A DNA stretch of 64,000 nucleotides. It comes from Batkoa obscura. Taxonomy: Eukaryota. This document shows positions 24,686-37,438 of this stretch, in pieces (position 1 is the first letter of the stretch; the number at the start of each line of letters is the position of its first letter). The stretch spans positions 186,001 to 250,000 of the forward strand of contig JASVEC010000013.1 of assembly GCA_030770535.1 (NCBI GenBank). Reading direction: 5' to 3'. A program made the position numbers and the translations under genes. The notes under the pieces are model-generated. The model worked only from the letters and a program-made list of their open reading frames with translations, had not been told where the DNA came from and searched no databases.

Positions 24686-27021
24686 TTAAATAAATTGTTT
24701 GACTTTACTAAATATTCTCTTTAAACTATTATCTTTAATATTTTCTTTTTTATTCTTATTATTTAATTTTTGTTCAGTTGATTCTACTAATTTACCAATC
24801 CATTGTAAATCTTGTTCTGTTGCTTTTTTAGTAATCACCATTTTATTATTATTATTTGAATTATTTGAATTATTATTTTGATGATTATGATTAATAGTTT
24901 TACTTTTACTTAATGGATGAGATTGTTTATTATTAATAGTTTTACTTTTACTTAAATTATGTAATTGAATTTCATTTGTTAATTTTGGATTTTTAATATT
25001 TGAATTATTTACAGGAATTGGTAAATAATTACTATTATTACGTAATAAAGTTAAATTATTAGCATTCTTATTACTACCATTATTAATTTCATTATTATTC
25101 TCAATAGAATTCCCCTTAACTACTTTAATCATCTTAACTTCCTTAATTTCCTTAATTTCCTTAACTTCCTTTTTCAAATTTACGTTCTCAATTGAACTTG
25201 TTCCATTTCCAACATACAATATATTTTTATTACAACTACTTTGTCGGTTTTGTTTCCTATTACTAGCCAATTGTTTATTAATAAAATTCACTTCTTCTTT
25301 AACAATTAACTTAGATCTCAATTGCATAACTTTTGGTTCTTTATTAATTAATACATCTAATCGTTGATGAATATTTGTTTGACTTGGTATTTTTTGAATT
25401 TGGCCATTTAATTTTTTTAATACATCAGGATCAGGGATCATTCGATTTAGACTTATGTTTGTTTGATTATTATTGTTATTGTAATGATTTTTATTTTCAT
25501 TTCTATTTTCATTCACTGTTAAATTACTATGATTAACACTGTTATCAATTGTCGTATTAATTTTATCAATAATCTCTGAATTTTCACTGGACATAGAATC
25601 ATTTAAATTAATAATTTGAAACCCTTGAAGCTCTTCTCGAACCTTTAAAATATCTGAATCCCTTGGTGTTAATGTAAATTTTTTATCACTAATACCTACT
25701 CCACTACCTTCTATTTCACAAACGGAATGTAAAGTCATAGATACTCTTTTACCAATTGATAAGATGGAATGTAATTTGTATGAATCAAAGGAATCTTCTT
25801 CATCTGATAAATTGGATAATTCAAATCGAATATTAGGTTGCGATAAACTACGACGTAAACCTTTAAGATGCGTGGGAGATACTTGAAATTCAGTTGGTGG
25901 TAAAGGAAATTGATTTAATACACTATCATTGGAATTCATACTATTAACTGTACTAGTACTTAATTTACGTATAGATTGAGGTTTATTAATAATTGGTTGT
26001 TTTAAATCCATAATTTGATCTCTTATTTCATGTTCATGTTCACGTTGATTTTCTTCTAAATCACTCATCAATTCTTGAATTGTTTCACTACTTTCAGAAC
26101 CTGCTTTATTAATAGTGATTTTATCTTCCATTTGTTCTACTTTATTTACTTTATTATCAACTAATACTGGTGGCGGTGGTGGAAGCATAGAAATAAGAGC
26201 TGTTCTAGGTTCAGATAATTTTCTAGATAGAATAGGAGGATCCATTAAAGGTGGGGAAGGAATAGAAGACATTGTAGTATTAAAAGAAAGTTCTTCTCTT
26301 ATAGCATTGGTTGGGGACATAGTCATTTCTTTTACATCTTCATGGATAGCATTATTAATGGAATAATTAATATTCATAGTAATAATCTCTTCTTTTTTGG
26401 GTGAATTATCTGGATTCATTAATTTTAATTGACCTTGTCCACCTTTTCGAGTTTTGTATTCATTTTTTAGTTTACTTTGTAATATTCTCTTATTTAAGGT
26501 ACTTCGTTTACTGATTCTTTTCGCTCCTTTGATTGAGTTTTGTTCGGATGTTATAGGACTATTATTTCGATTAATTAGTTTAAAATTAGAAATTGGTAAC
26601 GATAATGGTGGTGGTGTTGGTTTATTCAATTTTTTAGTTATGTTATTTTTAGATTGATAACGTAGTTTAAATTCAGATGAATGACGCACCAATTTATTAC
26701 TTGAAGTAGTTGATGAAATATTGTTATTACTATTGTTACTGTTATTCCCTCCAGTTAATATTTGCAAAGTATTTGTTTGTTCTTTAATGGCATTAAGTTT
26801 ATTTATGTCAGGTACATTCATTGGAATAGGTGAACTTAAACCCCTTTCTCTAATTTTAATATCAAATAGACTGGGGGATGATAAAGGAGGAATTGAAATT
26901 CTAATACGTTGACCAATATCTACTGGTGGTAAAAAAGAAAACTCTTCTTTTTTAATAGCTTCATAATTTAAATTCAAATCCAATTTATATTCAAAACTAT
27001 TATTCATTAATTTACTTATTG

Positions 27022-27053
<32 letters not shown>

Positions 27054-27475
27054 TTGACTATTTCTACTTCCCTATCAAAGTTTAAGTTTAATAGTCCATT
27101 TCCTAAGGTATCTGAAGCTCGAATTTCTTCTTTACGAGACGCTTTAACAGCAGGTAGATTATTGAATGCATTTTGATTGGTTAACATTTCATTAAATCCA
27201 TCTTCAATAAATTTACTTAGATCCGAACAAGTACCTCTAGGTATTGAAGGTAATGGAGAGTTACTATTAGAAGCATTAAGTATAGTTGAAGTAGCTAATA
27301 CTTTTTGTATATTATTATTACAAATATCATAACCTTCAACAGAAGGTGGTAATTTCTTAACATTGCTACTCATCATAATTCGACTTTGTCGTTTCTTTTT
27401 AAACATGCTTTTTTTATTGAATAAGTATTTGATTGTACTACTTCCCTTCCTTTCAATGTAACTAGTATCACTCAT
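24686..27475 (-). CDS. Uncharacterised 929-aa Asn/Ser/Pro-rich, probably disordered protein
   Basis: Long ORF with poly-N and polyproline tracts and RxxS motifs; convergent with the previous gene. Confidence 0.8.
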
Positions 27476-28327
27476 GGTTATTGAATATATATTAATTGAT
27501 TATAAATTTTAAAATAAAAAGTATTAAAGTTAAAAAATGAGTTTCATTATAATTGACTTCATATTTATATTTATATTTATATTCATCTTGTTTTTTGATC
27601 ATTTTTTATTAAATATATTAATTATCTTTCTTGGGTTCTTTTCCGCTAATTTAATTGATGATATAAACTTAAGGGTAGAAATTGTTTGATGTTAATTTAT
27701 CTTTCAGAGGCTCATTTCAAGATCAAATGTGTTCTCAACCAATCATTTAATAGAATTTCTTGAATTTTGAATTTTGAAATATTTTGAATATTTTATATTA
27801 AATTAAGTGGTAATTTATAATAAAAATTAATAAGTTGAATATTATTCTAATAAGCTTATAAAAGTATATGAATAAATAATTAAAGATAGGAAGAAGCTCC
27901 TTTATTGAAAATTATTGATCATTTTTTAAAATTAAATGACTTATGCTTCTAATCGAAGATAATCTTTTAGTGTTAATATATTATCAATTTTTATGTGGAT
28001 GATAAAATAACGACTTTTATTAAATATTCTAATATTCATATAAAGAAACAGAATTACTTTTTATATTTATATTTATAAGCTAGTAATTTATATGCTAAAA
28101 AATTAACTTTAACTTAATATCGATTTTTTGTGGTTTTATAAACACTTAAAGCATGTAACCATATTTAACAAGAACAAATACAAAGTATCTCTTATCAACT
28201 GTAATTAAAGAATAAACATTATAAATAAACAATCTATTATTTCAAATAAATAAACAGTTCATTATAAATTCAACAAAATAAACAAAATAAATTATACAAT
28301 TAACTTGTTTATTCCATTTACATCAAA

Positions 28328-29897
28328 TTAAGAATAAATTTTAGCTAAATTTTTTGCAATAGTACTTAATTGAATGTTGGATGTACCTTCATAAATCGAA
28401 CCTATTTTAGCATCACGATAGAATTTTTCAATTGGATATTCTCTAGTAAATCCAACGCCACCCATCCAATCCACACATTGAGATGATACTTTTTGGGCAA
28501 TTTGAGAAGAATATAATTTAGCCATAGCAGCTTGATGAACGAAGGGTTGTCCTTCATCTCTTAATCTTGCTGCATTATAAGTTAATAATCTTGCAGCTTC
28601 AATTTCAGTAGCTGCTTGAGCATATTGATGTTGCATACCCTAAAACAATTGTAAATATATTATTAAAATGAAGTTTGATTATAAGTTACTTACTTGGAAA
28701 TTACCAATTTTTTCACCAAATTGTTTACGTTCAAATAGATATGGTAATGTTGCATCAAATACACCTTGAGCTAATCCAAGCATTTGAGCAGCAATACCAA
28801 TACGTCCTTCATTTAATATTTCAATTGCATATTTATATCCTTTACCATATTCCCCTAAGATATTAGATGCTGGTACTTTAACACCATCAAAAGTTAATGC
28901 ACAAGTTGAGGATGCACGAATACCAAGCTATAAAGTAAAAAATTAACTAAGTCTATATTAAAATTAGTAAGAATGTTTCCACTTACCTTGGATTCTTTTT
29001 TAGCAATTTGGACCCCCATATCTTTTTCAACAACAAAACAGGTGATCCCTTTATATCCTTTTTCAGGCTCCGCATTAGCGAACACTAAGAAAATCTCTGC
29101 TTCTTTACTATTAGTAATCCAAAGTTTATTTCCAGTAATTATATAGTTATCTCCCTCTTTAACTGCTTTAGTACTTAAGGCAAATGCATCGGATCCAGAA
29201 CCAGCTTCAGAAAGACAAAAACAACCTACAGTATTTGTAGCTAATTTTGGTAAATATTTTTCATTAAGTTGTTTGTTTCCATATTTTCGAAATAAGGTAT
29301 CTACAAGTGTGTTTTGTACATCACATACTACACTCACACTTGGGTCCACTTTAGCTAACTCTTCAATAGTTAAGATTGCGGACATAAAAGAACTGCCACT
29401 ACCCCCATATTCACTTTCGACTTCAATACCCATTAACTAGTAGATTTGTTAATTTGATACTTATTTTAATAATAGAATTTTAATTACCCCATTATCGAAT
29501 AAAGCTTTTAATATACTTGGATCCAAAGTTTCAGTTTCATCCATTTGAGCTACTTTTGGCTTCACAACTTCATTAGCGAATTTGGAAACTATAAAGTATT
29601 AAAAGGAAAAACTCAAGTTCAATTAACAACTATAAAATTTAATATAAAATTACCCGATTCTTTAAGCATCATTTCTTCTTCTGTTAAAGTATATAAAGAA
29701 TTTAATTCAGCTTCACATGCTTTAATAGAAGTGGAGAAGTTATTTCTAAAAATTGGATCAATGTAAGTAAATTTTTACATTTTTTATATTATGTTTAATA
29801 TACTCTATTAAAATATAAACATCACTTACTTTTTAACTACATTAGATAAGCCTTTTGAAGCATTAATAATTCTAGTAAAATAATTAGATCTTAACAT
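28328..29897 (-). CDS. ACADSB: Mitochondrial short/branched-chain acyl-CoA dehydrogenase, multi-exon
   Basis: [82 protein letters not shown]; basic presequence [11 protein letters not shown]. Confidence 0.93.
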
Positions 29898-30138
29898 TTT
29901 AATAATAATAAAAAAGTAATAAGAATCTTTTTTAACTCCATCTGTTGACGTTTTTAAATTTTGATTTACGATCTTTCTCAATTATTAACTTGGTTTCTTA
30001 TTGGTTCTTATCGATTGTTTTTCATTTGCCATCTCATTTTTTTCGCTGGTAATCACCAGCTGGATTCAAATAAAAACATGTGAAGCTTCAACTATTGAAG
30101 AATGAAATTTAAGTTTGAATTAAAGCTCAATCTCAATA

Positions 30139-30239
30139 TGGGGATGCTTTTTTTGGCTTCATCGCTTTTTCTATCTTTTAAGCGCTATTTAAGTGGAAAA
30201 ATTGGTAGTAAAATTCTTGAACACAAAAATACATCCCCA
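30139..30239 (-). mobile_element. 100-bp MITE copy
   Basis: TGGGGATG...CATCCCCA; flanks TA/TA. Confidence 0.9.
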
Positions 30240-30419
30240 TATATTTGAATTTTTTTGGAAATGATAAGGGATTAAAAAAATCTCTTATTAAATCAGTATT
30301 AAAGATTTCAAGCATTTTTTTTAATAGTCTATAATAGATAATCATATCTTACAATTAAATTGTGAAATTTTTATTTTTATTTTTATTTTTATTTTTATTT
30401 TTATTCAAAATAGATTATA

Positions 30420-30519
30420 TGAGGATAATTTTTTTGTTTGATAATTTTACTAGTAATTTTTCCACTTAAATAGCGCTTAAAACATGGAAAAAGTAATGAA
30501 ACCAAAAAAAACATCTTCA
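30420..30519 (+). mobile_element. 100-bp MITE copy
   Basis: TGAGGAT...CATCTTCA; flanks TA/TA. Confidence 0.85.
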
Positions 30520-30670
30520 TATGTTTATTATAAAAGTTATAAAATAATAATAATAATTTTAAATGATTTTTATTTAATTTACAATAAATTGATATAATTA
30601 ATTATATTTTAACAACCAGGGTCTAGGTTAGCCACTTTTAAAATACTAAACTCTTAACAAACAGGATCTT

Positions 30671-31167
30671 TGTGAAAGTTGGTACTCAGTGGTAGGAGTT
30701 AAAAACAGTTCTTGCTTGATTAACTTGCCTTGAGTCGAACGGTCTTAGTTTATGTAACTAAGATAGACTTAAATGAATAGGAATAATACGTAATAAGTTA
30801 TGAACTATGTAAAACAAATAGAATAGACAATACTACTGTAAAATCTACGTAAGATGTTGTCAGAAAGACTTAGTGGCTTTATTAATAGTACGATATCAGG
30901 GAGTAATTCAGTTAAAAAGCCTCGAGTTATCATATTGAAGAATCTCTTTTATACTCCAACAAGCACGGATATCAAAATGAGGGGATATCATTCTTTGCAA
31001 TATGAAGTTAGAAATCCTCACAACAAATTAAAACAAGGAACTCTGGATTGATTATACCACATGGTTCACGGTTAAATTGATTACAAGACTACAACTAGTT
31101 TTGTAAACAAGTTCAATGATTATTATATTATAATTAATCCGAGAGTTAAATAAAGCAATATTTCACA
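30671..31167 (+). mobile_element. Solo LTR, copy 1
   Basis: Termini TGTGAAA...TTTCACA; 4-bp TSD TCTT; AATAAA near the 3' end; homologous to 45879-46342 and 53609-54073. Confidence 0.85.
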
Positions 31168-31634
31168 TCTTGGTATTTTTTAAACACAGTCAACATATTA
31201 ATTTATTATCTGAATGATTTTTTATAAAATAAAACTTCAATTTATAAAATTTTACTTCCTAAGAGTTGATACTAATACGTTTTGTTTAAAATATTTCCCC
31301 TCACCACTTAGTTTTTTATTCATTTACTCTACTATTCTATTGATACTTTCAAATTCTTAACTTTCAAGCCTTGTAACTAAGATGATTTTTTTGAAAAATA
31401 ATTCAATTAAGAGTTTTACTTTAAATTTTAAAAAGTAATAATAAATAAAAAGCAATTAAAAGATTAAATATACACGTATTTTAAAGGAGTGGGCGACTTA
31501 AAAGTTTGTAGATGAGATAAAAAGTTATAGAAATAAAAGAAAAAAGTGAAGACGTTTGAAAACCAATCATAGATAGTAACTAGTGTTCAAAATAAAACAA
31601 AACCGGTATATAAAAAGCTGGGAGTAAATTTTAC

Positions 31635-33140
31635 ATATTCATTATTTTAATTTTTTGCAAAAAAATGGCTTATTTTTCAGCTATGTCTGTGTTTAATATA
31701 GGCTATCTGTCAATATTGTAAAAAAGTATAGTTTCAAACTTCCAATTTCAGTTTTAACTCAGCTCTAATTTTAAAAGTAACTCATTATTTATAAACAATT
31801 GTTTATTTTTAAAAATAGAATAGTAAAACATTTACTACTTACAAAAAGAATTATTTTAATACAAAACAATAAAAAGTTATTTTAATAAATTATAAATGTA
31901 AGAAAGTCATACAAAAAATAAAATAACTCAAATTAAGGTTCATAAACCAGTAGCATTTATAATGAGTTATTTTTATAATGAGTTATTTTTATAATTAAAA
32001 TAATGTATAAAGCAAAGTATTGTAAATAAAGTTAAAAAAAGCTTTATCATTCTATTTATATTTAGGAACTAACTAATAATAAACCTAGATTAATATAATC
32101 TTCAATAAACTTTAAATTTTATATTAATTTTTTGTCGTTTTAATTTAAGTCAATTTTGAATTTATAATTGCAATGGCATTTTGTAGGCTAAAAAACCTAC
32201 TATTTTTAGTAAACTTGAAGATTAAATAAATTCAAGCTTAAATTAATCGTGGGTTTCGATTATTACTTAAAATGACCTAAAAAACTAACAAAGGCTGCTT
32301 CAAGAGTTTCTTTACTTTTTAACAAGATCAATAGACGATGTTAGTTGCAACAGTCAATTGTTTTTTAGTTAAAAACAAAGCTTTTACTACTTTAAAGATA
32401 TATTACTACAATTACATATTTTGTTGGCCTTGACTTATTTAAATAGTTAAGGAACTTTCTATGTGACTAAATTAAAAGAAGGCTTATAGAAATCTTAATT
32501 TCAAATTATGCAGACTTAAAATTAAAGAAGAGGTACTTAAAGTAGGGTAAAAATAGTATAGAATTAAGTGCATGGAGAAATCTACGTATCGGTTTAAAGT
32601 ATATATAAATATAAGAGAGTGGACTCAAAGTTACAATATCAACAAATACAAATACAAATACAAATGAAATTCATATCATTACTTCCATCTTTATTCTTTA
32701 TTTCAGGTTATCTTTCTCAGGATTGTTCTAATCCTTACCAACGTAAAGAAATTAGAGACCTCACTCAAGATGAGCTTACTCGTTTTGTAAATGCTGCTAA
32801 AAAACTTCAATCCACTAAAGCAGGTAGTGGGAATCTCACTATTTATGACAACTATTCAAGGGTACATTATAATGCAAAAGGTAATGCCCACGGCACTCCT
32901 AAGTTTTTACCATGGCATAGATATTATATTCGACTCTATGAAAAAGAATTACAAAAGATCGATTCAAGTGTTCATTTACCTTATTGGGATTGGTCAAAAG
33001 ATTATGCTTATCCAGCTAACTCTGCTGTACTATCTAATTCCTATATGGGAGCGAATGGTGATGGATCTAGAAATTATTGCCTCAATAGTGGTAGATTTTC
33101 TGGTTTATATGTTAATTATCCAAAGTTACATTGTTTGCAA
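31635..33140 (+). repeat. Arm 2 of the inverted near-identical duplication
   Basis: Matches the reverse complement of about 12445-13960. Confidence 0.9.
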
Positions 33141-33959
33141 AGAAGATATGATCAAGGTAGTAGTGTATCTAGCTTTACCCCACCTAGCTTATTAAATAGT
33201 TTTTTGAATTATGATAAGTTCTCAGAATTCTGTGGCAATTTAGAAGAGAAGCATGGTGACCCTCATGTAAAGATTGGTGGTAGCTATGACTTCAGACAAA
33301 TGTATTCTCCCAATGATCCTCTATTTATGCTACATCATACTTTTATTGATATGTTATGGTATGAATGGCAACAAAGACATCCTGACTCAGTTCAATTTGA
33401 AGGTGATTACTATAGCCAAAATGCCTCACCATCTGATTCTTTAATTACCTGGGAAATTACTGTACAATCTACCTTCAATACAAAGAGCCCATTTTATTGT
33501 TATACTTATCCAAGATACCAATCTTCTTTAAATACCAATACAAATAGTGCAGCTACTACACAAAATCTTGCTAGAAGGGCTAACGGGAAAGGAAATGGAA
33601 ATGGAAATGGAAATGGAAATGGAAATGGAAATGGAAATGGAAATGGAAATGGAAATGGAAATGGAAATGCATATGGACTTGGAAATGGGAACGGACATGG
33701 CGTAGGGCTTCAAAGGTTATTGGAAAATGTTAAAAAATCAAACCCGGATCAAGCGATTAACCTTTTAAGCGATAGTTTACCAGGCTTAGGGCTTACGCTT
33801 GGCAGCTCAGGAGCACCTGGTAAAATTAAGAAGAGACTTCCATTACCCGATGATTGGATTAAAATGAATAATTTAAACATTGATAAAGTTCGTAAAAATG
33901 AAGCTAGAGATAATAAGTTTATCGATCTTTTAAATGCTATTCCTGATACCTCATTGTGA
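32664..33959 (+). CDS. Secreted tyrosinase (type-3 copper protein) with a Gly-Asn repeat linker
   Basis: Signal peptide MKFISLLPSLFFISGYLS; RKEIRDL; CuA and CuB His motifs; LPYWDW; YCYTY; intronless; TATA at about 32600. Confidence 0.95.
   Translation: MKFISLLPSLFFISGYLSQDCSNPYQRKEIRDLTQDELTRFVNAAKKLQSTKAGSGNLTIYDNYSRVHYNAKGNAHGTPKFLPWHRYYIRLYEKELQKIDSSVHLPYWDWSKDYAYPANSAVLSNSYMGANGDGSRNYCLNSGRFSGLYVNYPKLHCLQRRYDQGSSVSSFTPPSLLNSFLNYDKFSEFCGNLEEKHGDPHVKIGGSYDFRQMYSPNDPLFMLHHTFIDMLWYEWQQRHPDSVQFEGDYYSQNASPSDSLITWEITVQSTFNTKSPFYCYTYPRYQSSLNTNTNSAATTQNLARRANGKGNGNGNGNGNGNGNGNGNGNGNGNGNAYGLGNGNGHGVGLQRLLENVKKSNPDQAINLLSDSLPGLGLTLGSSGAPGKIKKRLPLPDDWIKMNNLNIDKVRKNEARDNKFIDLLNAIPDTSL
33591..33668 (+). 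repeat. (GGAAAT)n coding microsatellite encoding (Gly-Asn)n
   Basis: About 13 perfect units. Confidence 0.95.
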
Positions 33960-34255
33960 ATACCCTAAATTTAATAAATATTTATTTTTATAGAATATAA
34001 GTTGATTTTAAATACTTTGCTGTAACTTTTATTATTGAGTTTTAGTACCATTGACTTTGGTTTTTTATTACACTTTGGCCTGTTTTTATAATAAAGTACT
34101 ATTACTAAACAGTTGTTATGTTTGTGAAATCCATAATGTATTAGTATTGTTTGTGTATTACTATCTCTGTTCCCAAATAACCATCATCCTTTTGAAATAT
34201 TTTAAGTTATAAAAGATAGCAAAAACTTAGTTTACATTTATTTTACAAAAGTATA

Positions 34256-34356
34256 TGGGGATGTTTTTCTTGGCTTCATCACTTTTTCCATCTTTTAAGT
34301 GCTATTTGAGCGGGAAAATTAGTAGTAAAATTCTTAAACACAAAAATACATCCCCA
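34256..34356 (-). mobile_element. 100-bp MITE copy
   Basis: TGGGGATG...CATCCCCA; flanks TA/TA. Confidence 0.9.
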
Positions 34357-35153
34357 TATGCTAAGCATTACTTGGAAAAAATAATTTAAATTAAAGAATT
34401 AATGCCTGGGAGAGATGGTTCAGTGGTAACATACACTCTCTCCTCAGCCAAGGAGAATGAGCTACCCGTCAAAGAAGTACCATCTATATCACCCGTTAAA
34501 GTAGTGAAAGGTCTGCTTTACCTATCAAAGTATTCCTATATCTTCTAACTCTTTAATCTTTCTTTAGATACTATATATACCGACATTCTTCAAGTTCTCA
34601 AAATTGTCTTAAATAAAGCAAACTGTCCAATATGGATGTGTAATCAAAAAAAAAATTAGAGTATTAAAAAAATCGAATTTGCCATTATTTCATAATACCC
34701 AAGCTAGTTGATAAGTATCTAACAATCGAACTGTGAACTTGAGCTTAATTCGTTATTAATTAGAATTATTCATAAATTTTATTTGAAACTTGTAAAATTT
34801 TAAAAATAATAGTTAAAAAATTAAATCCAAAATCAAATATTTGTAAATAAATTGTAAAAATAATGAATTAATCCTTTATTTCAAATGGAGTATTGATATT
34901 TTATCAACGATAGTGTTATTAATAATAGCAAAAGATAAAAATTCATATTAAAACTATAAAATTTTAATATAAAACTATGCCAGTATAATAAAAAAGCTCA
35001 GCTTGAGATCTTTGTTGAATTTTGAATTGACTTTAAGTTGAAAAATAGCTTAATGTTAGCAAACAACAGTTCAAATTAAAAGTGGAGTAGAAAAGCCTTA
35101 CTTATTACAAAAGGAAAGAGTCATTTTAATAAAGTACAAATGAAAAAACTGTA

Positions 35154-35255
35154 TAGGGATGTATTTTTTTGTTTAAGGATTTTACTAATAGCTTTTTCAC
35201 TTAAATAGCGCTTAAAAATGGAAAAAGTGATGAAATAAATAAAAAAATACCCCCA
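35154..35255 (+). mobile_element. 100-bp MITE copy in the tyrosinase upstream region
   Basis: Family consensus; flanks TA/TA. Confidence 0.88.
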
Positions 35256-35807
35256 TATAATAAAAAAATACCTCAAATTAGTTTATAAACTATAAGCGCT
35301 TAGAATGAGCTATTTTTATTATAAAAATAAAGTATTAAATGATATACGAGAGTAAAAAAGCTTCAAATTAAAGCCATCATTATGTTTGTTTTTAGTAATT
35401 AACTAATTATGAACTTCTAGATTATTATGCTTTTTAATTAGCTTTACTTTATATTAAAATTTTGATGTTCATTAAAATTAAGTCAATTCTAAATTTAATT
35501 TGTTTAAACAGCATTATGTAAGCTAAAGAAACTGCTATTTTAGCGAATTTGCTTGCTAAAATTACTAAGGTTGAAGTGATTGCAGATTTCGATTATTTCT
35601 TAATGTGATTAAAATAAAATAATTAAAGGAAGGCTTTATAGAAGCCTAAATTTCGAATTATGCAAATTTAAAATTAGTGATGAGGTATTTAAAATAGAGT
35701 AAAAATAGGACAGAGTCAAGTGCATAGAACAATCTAAGTATTAGTTCGAGGTATATAAAACTCAATGTGTAGACTCAAAGTTACAATATCAACAAATACA
35801 AATACAA

Positions 35808-37169
35808 ATGAAATTCATATCATTACTTCCATCTTTATTCTTTATTTCAGGTTATCTTTCTCAGGATTGTTCTAATCCTTACCAACGTAAAGAAATTAGA
35901 GACCTCACTCAAGATGAGCTTACTCGTTTTGTAAATGCTGCTAAAAAACTTCAATCCACTAAAGCAGGTAGTGGGAATCTCACTATTTATGACAACTATT
36001 CAAGGGTACATTATAATGCAAAAGGTAATGCCCACGGCACTCCTAAGTTTTTACCATGGCATAGATATTATATTCGACTCTATGAAAAAGAATTACAAAA
36101 GATCGATTCAAGTGTTCATTTACCTTATTGGGATTGGTCAAAAGATTATGCTTATCCAGCTAACTCTGCTGTACTATCTAATTCCTATATGGGAGCGAAT
36201 GGTGATGGATCTAGAAATTATTGCCTCAATAGTGGTAGATTTTCTGGTTTATATGTTAATTATCCAAAGTTACATTGTTTGCAAAGAAGATATGATCAAG
36301 GTAGTAGTGTATCTAGCTTTACCCCACCTAGCTTATTAAATAGTTTTTTGAATTATGATAAGTTCTCAGAATTCTGTGGCAATTTAGAAGAGAAGCATGG
36401 TGACCCTCATGTAAAGATTGGTGGTAGCTATGACTTCAGACAAATGTATTCTCCCAATGATCCTCTATTTATGCTACATCATACTTTTATTGATATGTTA
36501 TGGTATGAATGGCAACAAAGACATCCTGACTCAGTTCAATTTGAAGGTGATTACTATAGTCAAAATGCCTCTCCTTCAGACTCATTAATTACTTGGAGAG
36601 TTAACGTACAATCTACCTTCAATACAAAGAGCCCATTTTATTGTTATACTTATCCAAGATACCAATCTTCTTTGAACACTAACTCAAATAGCGTAGCAAC
36701 TACCAAAAATGTAAATACTCTACAGGCTACTGCTTCACAAAATTCTACCAGCAATTCAGTACCACAAGGATCTAATGCTCAAGCATCTAATATCAATAAT
36801 ATAAGCAAATCTTCCGGAACTGATGAAAACAATAATGTGTTGGATGGGATTCTACCAACTAGAGGTAATAATGGTAATGAAAAAGGAAATGGTTATGGTA
36901 AAGAAATTGGAAACGGGGTTCAAGGGCTATTAAAGAATATTAAAAATTTAAATCCTGATCAAGCAATTAGCCTTTTAAGCACCAATCTACCGATTCTCGG
37001 ACTTGGAGCTATAAATCCAGGAGCGCCTGGTAAAATTAAAAAGAGACTTCCATTACCAGACGACTGGATTAAAATGAACGGTTTAAATGTTAATAAGGTT
37101 CGTAAAAACGAAGCTAGGGATAATAAGTTCATTGATTTATTAAATACTATCCCTAGTATTTCAGAATGA
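35808..37169 (+). CDS. Secreted tyrosinase, tandem paralog
   Basis: Identical to the 32664 copy through the catalytic domain; divergent S/N-rich linker; shared C-terminal LPLPDDWIKMN motif. Confidence 0.95.
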   Translation: MKFISLLPSLFFISGYLSQDCSNPYQRKEIRDLTQDELTRFVNAAKKLQSTKAGSGNLTIYDNYSRVHYNAKGNAHGTPKFLPWHRYYIRLYEKELQKIDSSVHLPYWDWSKDYAYPANSAVLSNSYMGANGDGSRNYCLNSGRFSGLYVNYPKLHCLQRRYDQGSSVSSFTPPSLLNSFLNYDKFSEFCGNLEEKHGDPHVKIGGSYDFRQMYSPNDPLFMLHHTFIDMLWYEWQQRHPDSVQFEGDYYSQNASPSDSLITWRVNVQSTFNTKSPFYCYTYPRYQSSLNTNSNSVATTKNVNTLQATASQNSTSNSVPQGSNAQASNINNISKSSGTDENNNVLDGILPTRGNNGNEKGNGYGKEIGNGVQGLLKNIKNLNPDQAISLLSTNLPILGLGAINPGAPGKIKKRLPLPDDWIKMNGLNVNKVRKNEARDNKFIDLLNTIPSISE

Positions 37170-37438
37170 ACGTCTTAATACCAATAAAGATTTGTTTTTA
37201 TACCATGTACTAGTTTTTTTAATATTTTATCATTATGCTTTTTCAACTTTTAATTTCCTATAACTTCGATTTTTTATAATATTAGACTATTTTTTATAAG
37301 TCTCGGATATTTATTACCAAGTTGTGAATAGATTCCTGGAATTTACACCATGTCAATATTTTTACGTACTATTATATAATAAGTAGGATTTAGTGTATTT
37401 TTTACCTAAGTATACAATGATTTTTATTAATAAATAAT

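Noticed and set aside
30854..31051. 65-aa ORF
   Set aside because: Lies inside a solo LTR and is interrupted by a stop in copy 2.
34408..34445. tRNA-like A-box (TGGTTCAGTGGTA) in a short GGAGAG/CTCTCC hairpin
   Set aside because: No B-box/T-arm or cloverleaf downstream.
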